The position numbers and the translations under genes are program-made. Under the pieces are notes generated by a model, which worked only from the letters and a program-made list of their open reading frames with translations, made no database searches and was not told where the DNA came from. From Clostridiaceae bacterium (GTDB lineage: Bacteria; Bacillota; Clostridia; DUPQ01), in contig JAAYBX010000020.1 of assembly GCA_012729955.1 (NCBI GenBank), positions 88,414 to 152,413 on the forward strand: a DNA stretch of 64,000 nt, read 5' to 3'. Of this stretch, positions 40,095-49,361 are shown piece by piece (the stretch's first letter is position 1; every line of letters begins with the position of its first letter).

Positions 40095-40940
40095 TTAGTA
40101 TAATTTTACTTTATTAATTTTCTGTTCCTTCATAATCGGATCAAGATGTTTTTCGAGTGCAGGCCATGTAAAGAAGTTAATGATATACGAAGACAATCCA
40201 AAAAGTACAGCAATCATCACTACAGCTCCAAACAGTATATGTATCAAAAACGGAAGTATTGTCAAAGCGATAATGCCAGCAGCTATAAGCAGGTTCGGAA
40301 AGAACCTAAGTATTGCGAAAACATAGGAATATCTGTAAAGCTTCCAGATGGACAAATTATATTCCACAAGAATCTGGTATATGTACATATGCATCATTAC
40401 AAACAACACAGAAAATCCTGCTATAATGAGTAACAAAGCCGTCTTCCAGAAGCCAGCCTGCAAATTTAACTGATAAAACCTGAAAGCGATTCCTAAGCAG
40501 ATAGTTATGACTGTGGATATTCCCGTAACTGCCAGTGATTTCCAGAAGTATTTTTTAAATCCATCCGTAAAATCTGAGGAAAAACTGTCATCCCTCCTTA
40601 CATAGCTTCTGAAAACTACCGCAATCGCTGAAGCAGCAGGCCCGAATGCGACAATAGGTACTGTAAAGAAAATTAATGTATAGGGAATCCTGTAAACCAG
40701 TAAAGCCAGCAGCTCGCCGAAATTCGAGTATCCCTGCTGGTAATCTGATACATCAATAGGAAAGAATATCTGTGAAATAAAGAACGCGTAAAAAACGATA
40801 AAGATCGTATATATGCCTAAGCATATAAGATTAAATTTAGCAATACTCCAAAACCTGATTTTCAGTATATCCATAAACTTCATGAATTTCGATTCTTTAG
40901 GTTTCTGATCTTCATAATTTGTCTTTTTTCTGCTGTTCAT
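40095..40940 (-). CDS. YesL/DUF624-like polytopic membrane protein
   Basis: The block FGPAASAIAVVFRSYVRRDDSFSSDFTDGFKKYFWKSL resembles the DUF624 family. The start MNSRKK is preceded by AAAGGAG. The ORF-track start at 41003 has no SD. Confidence 0.55.
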   Translation of the reverse strand: MNSRKKTNYEDQKPKESKFMKFMDILKIRFWSIAKFNLICLGIYTIFIVFYAFFISQIFFPIDVSDYQQGYSNFGELLALLVYRIPYTLIFFTVPIVAFGPAASAIAVVFRSYVRRDDSFSSDFTDGFKKYFWKSLAVTGISTVITICLGIAFRFYQLNLQAGFWKTALLLIIAGFSVLFVMMHMYIYQILVEYNLSIWKLYRYSYVFAILRFFPNLLIAAGIIALTILPFLIHILFGAVVMIAVLFGLSSYIINFFTWPALEKHLDPIMKEQKINKVKLY

Positions 40941-41048
40941 AAAATTACTCCTTTTGCATTGATATATTTTATACATATTTCGAATATTAATCAAGTATCG
41001 CATATTATATGCAGAAGCAGTACTTCGATAAATAAATCATTTTTCCCG

Positions 41049-41077
41049 TTGACAAACATTAATCAGATAGTTATAAT
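41049..41077 (+). promoter_or_regulatory. Consensus sigma-A promoter for tRNA-Leu
   Basis: Perfect TTGACA (41049-41054), a 17-nt spacer, and perfect TATAAT (41072-41077), 11 nt before the tRNA 5' end. Confidence 0.7.
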
Positions 41078-41088
41078 TTCTTAAGTGA

Positions 41089-41171
41089 GCGGTCATGGCG
41101 AAACTGGCAGACGCGTGCGTTTGAGGGGCGCATGGGAGACCATTCGGGTTCAAGTCCCGATGACCGCACCA
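41089..41171 (+). tRNA. tRNA-Leu (anticodon GAG), class II with long variable arm, encoded CCA
   Basis: Hand-folded cloverleaf. Acceptor GCGGTCA/TGACCGC. D arm GCG...CGC. Anticodon stem TGCGT/GCGCA with loop TT-GAG-GG. 11-nt variable arm. T arm TCGGG-TTCAAGT-CCCGA. Ends ACCA. Confidence 0.88.
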
Positions 41172-41200
41172 AAAAACGGAATCATCTGATTCCGTTTTTA
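41172..41200. terminator. Rho-independent terminator after tRNA-Leu (A-run/T-run on both sides)
   Basis: AAAAAACGGAATCA-TC-TGATTCCGTTTTTA. Confidence 0.7.
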
Positions 41201-41288
41201 CTATCTGTACCAATAACATCAACCTTTGTGGACTACATCAGCAACTGAATTATCAAGGATTTCTGCGTTAATATCCTAAATAAGTATC

Positions 41289-41750
41289 TTATCTATTGTT
41301 TCTCTCCATATCTAGAAGGTTTTTTTTCATATCAATGCCTAAAGCATATCCTGTTAAAGACCCATTTTTACCAATAACTCTATGACAAGGAACTAATATC
41401 ATTACAGGATTCTTGTTACATGCCATCCCTACAGCCCTGCTAGCCAGCTTATTACTTATAAGCATAGCGATTTCGCTATAACTCTTAGTCTTTCCATATG
41501 GAATCTTGCAAAGATGCTTCCATACAAGTTTCTGAAATTCTGTCCCATTCAATGATAGTTTAATATCAAAAACTTTCCGTTTGCCATCCAGATACTCGGC
41601 CAACTGTCTGTATGCTTCATCTGTTAGCGCAGAATGAGAATTATGGCTGCATTCATCTAATGTACAAAGTGATATCCCGCATATTCCTTTGTCATCTTCA
41701 GATACCATAATCCTACCTATCTTGGAGTAATAACAGCAGCTTCTTGACAT
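41289..41750 (-). CDS. ogt: Methylated-DNA--protein-cysteine methyltransferase
   Basis: Active-site PCHRV motif and YSEIA...NPVMILVPCHRVIG. 153 aa. Confidence 0.85.
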   Translation of the reverse strand: MSRSCCYYSKIGRIMVSEDDKGICGISLCTLDECSHNSHSALTDEAYRQLAEYLDGKRKVFDIKLSLNGTEFQKLVWKHLCKIPYGKTKSYSEIAMLISNKLASRAVGMACNKNPVMILVPCHRVIGKNGSLTGYALGIDMKKNLLDMERNNR

Positions 41751-41752
41751 GA

Positions 41753-42826
41753 TTAAATAATTTCTAAAAATTCATAATCAGGTAGAACAGGAAATTTGTT
41801 AAAAGGCATAGTCTGGTACCAGAAAGCCACTGAGGAAACATCGTCCTGCAGAGCAAGATACTTACCATTGCTTCTCCATCCAAGCGCCTGCATTGTAACT
41901 TTGAGGTTATCCTCAAATCTAATCGGATCTGTTATATGCCACCTGTACATGGAGAATCTCTGCTGGCCAAGTATCTCTTTTTCGTATCTTACAGGATAAA
42001 AACCTGTATATGGTGTAGAGTATTCCTGATACTTGTCATTTTCCATGAAGCAGTATGCTCCACAGAAATAATCTTCAGTGCCTGTTCCGCATATTGTTGG
42101 GAATCGGTCATCTCCATCCATGAAAAATTTAATCTCGCCTTCTCCCCACCATCCGTTATTATTAGCTCCCCATGTCATATAGGTACCTACATAGTGGCCT
42201 TTACCTTTAATGTTATCTATTATCGTATAATCCTTTTTATATGCTAAAGGATTCTCTCTTCTGAACTGAGCAAAGAAATATGCGCAGTCATCCGGAATAT
42301 CTGTAAGTGCATAATCAATCTGATAATAATGGTACGTCCTCTTGGGTCCTATATTTTCAAGTGTCACCCTGCAATGCTTTCTAAATGGCATTTCCCAATA
42401 ACAGTTAAATCCTCTGGCACTGTTATTGCATATCGGCAGCGAATTAATCGGAATATGAATCGGCAGATATGCATTTGCAAAAAAATCACCTATAGGACAT
42501 TCAACTGATGGATTTTCACAGTCATCCCAGTAGAATCTGATTATCGTATCACGTCCTGAGCCACCGCTAGTAATCCATATATGCTTAATAGCTCCAGGTC
42601 CTTCTATGTCTGCAATTTCCACAAGATCTCCTGGCTGTAATACTATTGACGGTGATACTTTCCAGCCTAATCCGCCTAAATCTGATGCGGCATTAGCCCC
42701 GGTACCTTCTACTGCCATACCGCCTTTCCCTTTTTCACCTTTAAAATTCTCTGCGCTTATTGATCTTGATTTTGCATCTGACAGCTTGGTCAGGCTTGAT
42801 AAATCACTTCCTAATCCATTATACAT
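41753..42826 (-). CDS. DUF2961-family protein (GH172-like)
   Basis: 357 aa. N-terminal SRSISAENF...GG and jelly-roll-like blocks (WGEGEIKFFMDGD, GTGTEDYF) resemble DUF2961. Assignment is by eye. Confidence 0.65.
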   Translation of the reverse strand: MYNGLGSDLSSLTKLSDAKSRSISAENFKGEKGKGGMAVEGTGANAASDLGGLGWKVSPSIVLQPGDLVEIADIEGPGAIKHIWITSGGSGRDTIIRFYWDDCENPSVECPIGDFFANAYLPIHIPINSLPICNNSARGFNCYWEMPFRKHCRVTLENIGPKRTYHYYQIDYALTDIPDDCAYFFAQFRRENPLAYKKDYTIIDNIKGKGHYVGTYMTWGANNNGWWGEGEIKFFMDGDDRFPTICGTGTEDYFCGAYCFMENDKYQEYSTPYTGFYPVRYEKEILGQQRFSMYRWHITDPIRFEDNLKVTMQALGWRSNGKYLALQDDVSSVAFWYQTMPFNKFPVLPDYEFLEII

Positions 42827-42932
42827 GTCTACCTCCGTAAATATAATGATATGCTCCTTTTAACATAAAAATGTTAAGTATATATACCTATACCAGTATA
42901 ATCAATTATCCTCACATATATCAACTATAAAA

Positions 42933-43625
42933 TCAAATATGCAGTTTTTTTATTAGTTCATTCTGTAATTTCTTATTTCCTGATAAAAGAACTAATGCTA
43001 TTATCACAGGAACTATGGAAGCAGCTACTATATAAGACCATGAGAATTGTATTGTAGCATTTACAAAATAGTCTACTGTACCTTCAACAACAAGACACAG
43101 TACAATAACTGTAATAAGCGATATCGAAGTGGTTTTAAGTTTACCCGGTTTTTTTCTGTTAACAATAAATATTATTATAAATAGAAGCAACATAACAGTA
43201 ATGCATACAGGTAAGGCAATAGTTAAAAACCAGCGCATTCCAGATAATGCCAGCGCTATAAGCAGAAGATAAAGGGTAGCTGATAAAAATATCAGGAAAA
43301 CATGAATTAATGGCCTTTTCTTTTTCAATGTCATGGGAAATATGAAAATCATCCATAACACAAGACTTCCTCCGAATACATAATACATCCAGTATATTCC
43401 TGGTGAATATATTAGATTTATTACAAGGCAAGCTACATTAGGTATGATCAGGATGACAGACAGGAGCATTGCGAAGTAACCTGTATTCAACTGTGAAACT
43501 TCTGACTTCTCCTTTGGATATGGAGGAATTTCATCTTGCTGCTCAATCATTACCTCTGTGTTGCACAGAACACACTTCTTTGCGCTTTTATCAAGTTCAA
43601 CACCGCATTTTACACAATAAGGCAT
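42933..43625 (-). CDS. Zinc-ribbon N-terminus plus 6-TM membrane protein (DUF6320-like)
   Basis: MPYCVKCGVELDKSAKKCVLCNTEV (CxxC...CxxC) is followed by six hydrophobic helices. AGGTGA SD lies upstream, and the gene starts 8 nt after the upstream stop. Confidence 0.6.
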   Translation of the reverse strand: MPYCVKCGVELDKSAKKCVLCNTEVMIEQQDEIPPYPKEKSEVSQLNTGYFAMLLSVILIIPNVACLVINLIYSPGIYWMYYVFGGSLVLWMIFIFPMTLKKKRPLIHVFLIFLSATLYLLLIALALSGMRWFLTIALPVCITVMLLLFIIIFIVNRKKPGKLKTTSISLITVIVLCLVVEGTVDYFVNATIQFSWSYIVAASIVPVIIALVLLSGNKKLQNELIKKLHI

Positions 43626-43633
43626 ATCTTCAC

Positions 43634-44929
43634 CTACTCTCTGTTACTTTCAATTTTAACTGGAATCCCCTGTTTTATTAAATATGTAAAAAAGAATCTT
43701 TCAATATCTGTTTCTTTTATCTTACTGGTAAAATTCAAAACCAGCGTATCATTATAACTGACAACAGCAAGGTAGGGGGTACGTATCTTTGCGGCTCCCA
43801 GAATGAATTCAAATCTGTTTACATGTTCCTGCATCTCACAAGGCAGAGTTACACTCCCTACATTGGAAAGAAGAGTGGAGATTGGCCTATACCCAATAGT
43901 GGAATGAGCGATGGACATTAAGAAGTTCTTTAAAAACAAAGGAGCCACCCTAATAAATATATATTTTTCAATTATGACATTCTGTGTCATCATTGCATTA
44001 AGCGTTTTTTTATTCAGATTAGCCTTCATAAAATACTGAATTTGCCTTAACATCTCCTCGAAAGTGTATTCTCCGAGTATTGTATCGATTCCCGGGTTCA
44101 AAAACAGGGAAAAGTTCCTTTTTGTGTTACTTTTAAAATAGTTCCTTAAGTTAACAGGAATAGACACTGCAATCCTTGTAGGTTTTGTATAAAGCCCTTC
44201 TTTTTCTTTTTGCTTATAAAAAGAATAAAGCAGTAAAGCTGAAAGGAATTCAGTAATTGTAGAATTATTTTTCTTTGCCAGCTGTTTTATTTTCTCCAGA
44301 GAAGTTATTCCAGTGATAATCGAGATATCATTGTCATTAAGCTTAGTGCTTTTCATGTGGTATGCTTTTGGTTCTTTTGCTCTTCCTCTTTGTTTGGAAT
44401 CTGCATACTTCGCAAAAGAATCCTCAAATTCCTCAATATCCGGTTGTTCATCAACATCCAGAATTCCTTCTTTTGCCGGTATTTCATACCCTTTTAGCTT
44501 TAAATACTGGGCAACTAATGTCTTTAGAAATACCATAGCTCCTGTACCATCAGTCAGAGAATGGAAGTAATCAATAGCTATCCTTTTATCATAGTAAAAA
44601 ACCCTTAGCAGAAAACCATTATTGTCCTGCCAGCTTATCGGAGCGCATGGATTATTGATATCAGGTCTTACTGTAGGTCTTTTTCTTGCATTTGTTTCAA
44701 AATAGTACCAGAAAAGACCTCTTCTCATTCTGATATTAAAACTGGGAAATCTCTTTATTGTTGTAGCAAGAGCCTCTTGAAGGATAAATGAATCCACTTT
44801 CTCCTTCAGTGTGACGCTCAATCTGAACATACCTGACCATCTTTTGGTATTTGCTGCTGGATATATCTTAGCAGCATTATCCAGTTTGAACCAGTTTTTC
44901 TGTTTTTTTTCTTCTACTGGCCGCAACAT
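43634..44929 (-). CDS. HxxxD-motif acyltransferase (condensation/alcohol-acetyltransferase-like)
   Basis: [13 protein letters not shown] (HxxxDG catalytic motif) lies at about residue 120 of 431, as in condensation/WS-DGAT/PapA5-type enzymes. Confidence 0.6.
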   Translation of the reverse strand: MLRPVEEKKQKNWFKLDNAAKIYPAANTKRWSGMFRLSVTLKEKVDSFILQEALATTIKRFPSFNIRMRRGLFWYYFETNARKRPTVRPDINNPCAPISWQDNNGFLLRVFYYDKRIAIDYFHSLTDGTGAMVFLKTLVAQYLKLKGYEIPAKEGILDVDEQPDIEEFEDSFAKYADSKQRGRAKEPKAYHMKSTKLNDNDISIITGITSLEKIKQLAKKNNSTITEFLSALLLYSFYKQKEKEGLYTKPTRIAVSIPVNLRNYFKSNTKRNFSLFLNPGIDTILGEYTFEEMLRQIQYFMKANLNKKTLNAMMTQNVIIEKYIFIRVAPLFLKNFLMSIAHSTIGYRPISTLLSNVGSVTLPCEMQEHVNRFEFILGAAKIRTPYLAVVSYNDTLVLNFTSKIKETDIERFFFTYLIKQGIPVKIESNRE

Positions 44930-45396
44930 TTCTTATATTTTTTACCACTGCCACAAGGACAAGGGTCATTCCTTCCCACTTTATCACGGACTGCAGTATG
45001 GTCAATAGTAAACTGTTTCTTTATATCAGCTCTTTCTTCCTTTGACATTATGCCATCCCATTCATCAAGAGTGTACAGCCATTGAGCTTTTGCATTAAGC
45101 ATATTGTAATATAGCTTATGAAAGTCAATTTCACAATCTAGTACCGTATCAGATTCCAAAGCTTCAACATCAGCTTTTTCCTTTAGTGAAGTATTTATCC
45201 CATCAATGAATCCAGCAAATACCCAGTCTTCCATATTAAATCTTCCAGATAATTCTTCCACAGATCCTTGTAGATACGGATTCTTTTCTCCTAAAATAGC
45301 CTTGTATGCTGATGTCTCTGTTTCCAGATATGTGTTATAGAATTCGGCAGCATCCTTAGATTCCAGTTTTTCGTTCCATTTGTCTATTATGCTCAT
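44914..45396 (-). CDS. SEC-C metal-binding-motif protein
   Basis: C-terminal [16 protein letters not shown]. 160 aa. It starts 7 nt after the thrS stop, and its stop overlaps the next gene by 16 nt. Confidence 0.75.
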   Translation of the reverse strand: MSIIDKWNEKLESKDAAEFYNTYLETETSAYKAILGEKNPYLQGSVEELSGRFNMEDWVFAGFIDGINTSLKEKADVEALESDTVLDCEIDFHKLYYNMLNAKAQWLYTLDEWDGIMSKEERADIKKQFTIDHTAVRDKVGRNDPCPCGSGKKYKKCCGQ

Positions 45397-45403
45397 ATTT
45401 TAC

Positions 45404-47302
45404 CTACACTTTTTCGTTTATCTCTTTAACTATCCTGTTTTGGAACTCTTCTAAAAACATTGTTCCGATATCTCCGACTTTTCTTACTCTCACAGCCACC
45501 TGGTTATTTTCCATCTCCTTATCACCAACAACAATCATATATGGTATTTTTTCGAGTTGGGCTTCCCTTATCTTATATCCTATTTTTTCAGAACGGAAAT
45601 CGCATTCAACACGGATATCATTTGCCATCAAAATATCCCTGATTTTCTGTGCATATTCTGCTTGTCTGTCGGTAAGAGGAAGTATTTTAACCTGGACTGG
45701 TGATAACCATACCGGGAATGCTCCTGCATAATGCTCTGTCAGTATCGCTATAAATCTTTCAATAGATCCGAACAGTGCTCTGTGAAGCATTACTGGTCTG
45801 TGTTTATTACCATCTGCTCCCATATAGGTCAGATCAAATCTCTCCGGCATCTGGAAGTCCAGCTGGATTGTTCCGCACTGCCATGTACGTCCGATAGAAT
45901 CCTGTATATGGAAGTCTATTTTTGGTCCATAAAAAGCTCCATCGCCTGGATTGAGTTCATATTTCATATTTAAGGATTCCAGAGCTTCCTGTAAAGCATT
46001 TTCAGCTATATCCCACTGTTCCTTTGTTCCCATGGAATTTTCAGGTTTTGTTGATAATTCAACTTTATATTCAAAATTGAAAAGACTGTATATCTTTTCC
46101 ATAAGATTGATAACGCCGACTATCTCCTGCTTCATCTGATCTTCTGTCATGAATATATGCGCATCATCCTGTGTAAAACATCTGACCCTCATTAATCCAT
46201 GCAATGCGCCTGATAGCTCATGACGATGAACCAGGCCTAATTCTGCTGTTCTCAATGGAAGATCCCTGTAAGAATACATGCGGCGTTTAAAAGCAAGCAT
46301 TCCTCCTGGACAGTTCATTGGTTTTATTGCGTAATTCCCTTCATCTATAGTTGTGAAATACATATTGTTCTTATAATGATCCCAATGACCTGATCTGTGC
46401 CATAATTCTTCATTAAGTATTATTGGCGTTTGTATTTCACCATATCCTGCTCTTTTATGCTCTCTTCTCCAGTAGTCAATCAGCTGGTTTCTTATTTCCA
46501 TGCCTTTAGGGAAGAAAAATGGGAATCCAGGACCCTCTTCGAATATATCATATAAATCAAGTTCTTTGCCAAGCTTCCTGTGATCTCTCTTTTTTGCTTC
46601 TTCCATTTTATATATATATTCATCCAGCATTGCCTGTGAAGGAAATGAAGTCGCATAAAGCCTTTGTAACATCTTGTTTTTTTCATCTCCGCGCCAGTAT
46701 GCACCTGCAACAGACAGTATCTTTACTACCTTCACTTTTCCTGTTGATGGAAGATGAGGCCCGGCACAAAGGTCTACAAAATCGTTCTGCCTGTAGAAGG
46801 AAATATCTTCATTTTCATCTAAATCAGTAACAAGTTCGTACTTGTATGGATTGTTCTTAACAAAATCCAAAGCTTCATTTTTAGGCAGAGTAAATCTTTC
46901 TATTGGATAATCAGCTTTAATTATCTCCTCCATTTTTTTCTCTATTAATGGAAAATCCTCATCTGTAAATATGTGATCTGTATCAAAATCATAATAGAAT
47001 CCATTATTTATTGAAGGACCTATTGCAAGTTTTGTCCCTGGAAACAATGATGTAACCGCATGGGCCATTATGTGGCTTGAAGTATGACGATACACATGGT
47101 CAGCTCCTTCATCCTCAAATTTTAATAAAAGCAGATCAGAATCCTGTTTAATAGGATCAGTCAGGCTTCTTACATTTCCATCAATCTTTGCTGCAACTAC
47201 TGACTTCGCTAATCCTTTTGATATGTCAGAAGCGACTTCCAGAGCTGTTACAGCTTTTTCATATTCCTTAATTGATCCGTCTGGCAGTTTAATCTTTATC
47301 AT
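45404..47302 (-). CDS. thrS: Threonine--tRNA ligase
   Basis: TGS N-domain (MIKIKLPDGS), editing-domain HTSSH, and class II motifs (FRREHK..., GTIQLDF). 632 aa. GGAGG SD. Confidence 0.95.
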   Translation of the reverse strand: MIKIKLPDGSIKEYEKAVTALEVASDISKGLAKSVVAAKIDGNVRSLTDPIKQDSDLLLLKFEDEGADHVYRHTSSHIMAHAVTSLFPGTKLAIGPSINNGFYYDFDTDHIFTDEDFPLIEKKMEEIIKADYPIERFTLPKNEALDFVKNNPYKYELVTDLDENEDISFYRQNDFVDLCAGPHLPSTGKVKVVKILSVAGAYWRGDEKNKMLQRLYATSFPSQAMLDEYIYKMEEAKKRDHRKLGKELDLYDIFEEGPGFPFFFPKGMEIRNQLIDYWRREHKRAGYGEIQTPIILNEELWHRSGHWDHYKNNMYFTTIDEGNYAIKPMNCPGGMLAFKRRMYSYRDLPLRTAELGLVHRHELSGALHGLMRVRCFTQDDAHIFMTEDQMKQEIVGVINLMEKIYSLFNFEYKVELSTKPENSMGTKEQWDIAENALQEALESLNMKYELNPGDGAFYGPKIDFHIQDSIGRTWQCGTIQLDFQMPERFDLTYMGADGNKHRPVMLHRALFGSIERFIAILTEHYAGAFPVWLSPVQVKILPLTDRQAEYAQKIRDILMANDIRVECDFRSEKIGYKIREAQLEKIPYMIVVGDKEMENNQVAVRVRKVGDIGTMFLEEFQNRIVKEINEKV

Positions 47303-47335
47303 TCCAATTACCTCCTTGTATACCTTGCGAATCTT

Positions 47336-47555
47336 TAAAAAAAAACTGCCCTGAATATATCATTCAGGGGCAGTATGTTCTTCCGCGGTTCCACCCTGAT
47401 TAGCCATATGGCCATCTCAAGTGATCTTATCGTGATCTTACGGTTCTGTTCAGGGAGCGGTATTTCGGTGTTTTTTTAAAGGATTTCAGCCTCGTCCTTT
47501 ATCTCTGCATTCTTCACTTACTTTTTATCCCGTCATTACAGCACAATCTATTATT
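47336..47555 (-). promoter_or_regulatory. T-box leader (tRNA-sensing riboswitch) with terminator, upstream of thrS
   Basis: The minus strand reads AATCAGGGTGGAACCGCGGAAG (T-box sequence), followed by the terminator CTGCCCCTGAAT-GATAT-ATTCAGGGCAG plus T9. An ACC (Thr) triplet at 47467-47469 in an A-rich loop is the candidate specifier. Confidence 0.85.
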
Positions 47556-47561
47556 TTCACA

Positions 47562-47590
47562 ATTTTACCACTTAAAAAAATAATATGCAA
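47562..47590 (-). promoter_or_regulatory. Candidate sigma-A promoter for the thrS leader
   Basis: Minus strand TTGCAT (47585-47590), a 17-nt spacer, then TAAAAT (47562-47567). Confidence 0.45.
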
Positions 47591-47687
47591 GTTATTTTTA
47601 TTTTCACTTATAACTTCACATTTTAATATGAACAATAATATCTGCAATATTTTACTAATTGCATTAAATAAGCTTTTCCTTATCAAA

Positions 47688-49361
47688 TTACTTAAGCCAT
47701 TCTCTTGCTGTCATAGCGACTTTCTTAAGCGCGCCTTCTTCAAATGGGCTTTCCAATCCAGCAGAACTGACAAGTCCCTTAAAAGTATCCTTTCCTCCTC
47801 TTGAAGTCATTGATATGTATTTATTCCAAGCCTTTTTGTAATCCTGCTGGGATTCTGCCCAATACTCTAATGCGACAGTCTGTGCAAGACAGTAATCAAT
47901 ATAGTAAAAAGGACTTGAATATATATGATGCTGCCTCTGCCAATATCTTCCATCCTCAAAGAAAGGCATCCCTTCAGTATTCAGATATGGCATATATTCG
48001 GCTTGCAGCTTCTTCCATACCCCTTTTCTTTCATCAGGAGTAAGATCTGGTTTTTCATATATTATATGCTGGAAATAGTCAACAATTGTCCCATATGGTA
48101 TGAAGGTAAGTGCACCGCTTAGATGCGCATATTTATACTTATCAGACTGTTCCTCGAAAAAAAGCTGCATCCATGGCCATGTGAAGAATTCCATAGACAT
48201 AGAATGTATTTCGCATGATTCCAGAGTTGGAGATCTGTAATCCCCAATTTTAAAATCTTTCGCAAGATAGGAGGCAAAAGCATGGCCTGCTTCATGAGTC
48301 AGCACATCTATATCACCTGATGTTCCATTAAAGTTAGCAAAGACGAAAGGTGCTTTGAATTCCGGTAAGCTAGTTGAATAACCTCCGACTACCTTGCCTT
48401 TCCGGCTGATGACATCAAATAACTCATTATTAAGCATGAAGTTCATGAATTCCTCTGTTTGAGGACTTAACTCTGCATACATTTTTTTACCCTGGGCAAA
48501 TATATGCTCAGGATCTCCCTTTGGTACAGCATTTCCTGACATAAATTCCAAAGGATCATCGTAAAGCATAAACTTATCAACATTAATCCTGCTCTTCTGC
48601 TCATTTTTCAAGTCACTTGCAATGGGTACTATGTACTTTTTTACATATTCACGGAATTTCTGGACATCCTGTTTGGTATAACTGTTTCTCATCATACGGT
48701 AGTATCCCAATTCCACAAAGTTTTCATAACCCAATTCTCTTGCCATTTTAGTCCTTATTTTTACAAGCTCATCATAAAGACTGTCAAGCTTATCGCTGTT
48801 CTTCAAGTAAAATCCAGCTTCTGCTTCATATGCGGCTTTTCTGACTGCCCTGTCCATATTCTGTTTATACTTACCTAATTGTGACAGATTTACTGTCCTG
48901 TTATCAAACTCAATCTGTGCGCTTGCAAGAAGTTTGTCATATTCATTAACCAGACGATTCTCTTCCTGCATATGAGGTATTATTTTCGGATTGAAAGCTT
49001 TCATGTTAATTTCTATATTGAGAAACAGTAATTCACCTAATTCAATTTTAAGCTGTTCTTTGAATTTTGAATTATATAAAGCAAGTCTGAATCTTAAATC
49101 CACATCCTGGATTTTTGGCATTACTTCATCATAATATTCCTTTTCCGCTACAAAAAAACCATCTTCTGTATTCAATGTAAATTTGATGTAAGACAGGGAT
49201 ACAGCAGTATTTATCTTATCGGAAAATCTGTTGTACTCGTAAAATACATCAAGCGCTTGAGAAACATCTTCTGCATTTTCCATTTTATCCAAAAGCTCTT
49301 TTGCTTTGGCTTCAATCTCCTCATAAGTAACCCGTTTATACGGCATTTCAGAAAATCTCAT
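47688..49361 (-). CDS. M3-family oligoendopeptidase (PepF-like)
   Basis: Zinc motif HEAGHAF. 557 aa. The ATG overlaps the stop of the upstream alpha-glucosidase gene (ATGA). Confidence 0.85.
   Translation of the reverse strand: MRFSEMPYKRVTYEEIEAKAKELLDKMENAEDVSQALDVFYEYNRFSDKINTAVSLSYIKFTLNTEDGFFVAEKEYYDEVMPKIQDVDLRFRLALYNSKFKEQLKIELGELLFLNIEINMKAFNPKIIPHMQEENRLVNEYDKLLASAQIEFDNRTVNLSQLGKYKQNMDRAVRKAAYEAEAGFYLKNSDKLDSLYDELVKIRTKMARELGYENFVELGYYRMMRNSYTKQDVQKFREYVKKYIVPIASDLKNEQKSRINVDKFMLYDDPLEFMSGNAVPKGDPEHIFAQGKKMYAELSPQTEEFMNFMLNNELFDVISRKGKVVGGYSTSLPEFKAPFVFANFNGTSGDIDVLTHEAGHAFASYLAKDFKIGDYRSPTLESCEIHSMSMEFFTWPWMQLFFEEQSDKYKYAHLSGALTFIPYGTIVDYFQHIIYEKPDLTPDERKGVWKKLQAEYMPYLNTEGMPFFEDGRYWQRQHHIYSSPFYYIDYCLAQTVALEYWAESQQDYKKAWNKYISMTSRGGKDTFKGLVSSAGLESPFEEGALKKVAMTAREWLK

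Noticed and set aside
41037-41222. 61-aa minus-strand ORF
   Set aside because: It completely overlaps the tRNA-Leu gene, its promoter and its terminator, so it is an artefact.
41089-45396. Possible genomic island integrated at tRNA-Leu
   Set aside because: I found no integrase or recombinase and no second copy of the tRNA 3' end by eye downstream. The flanking genes are in operon continuity with thrS. This is not supported without a computed repeat search.
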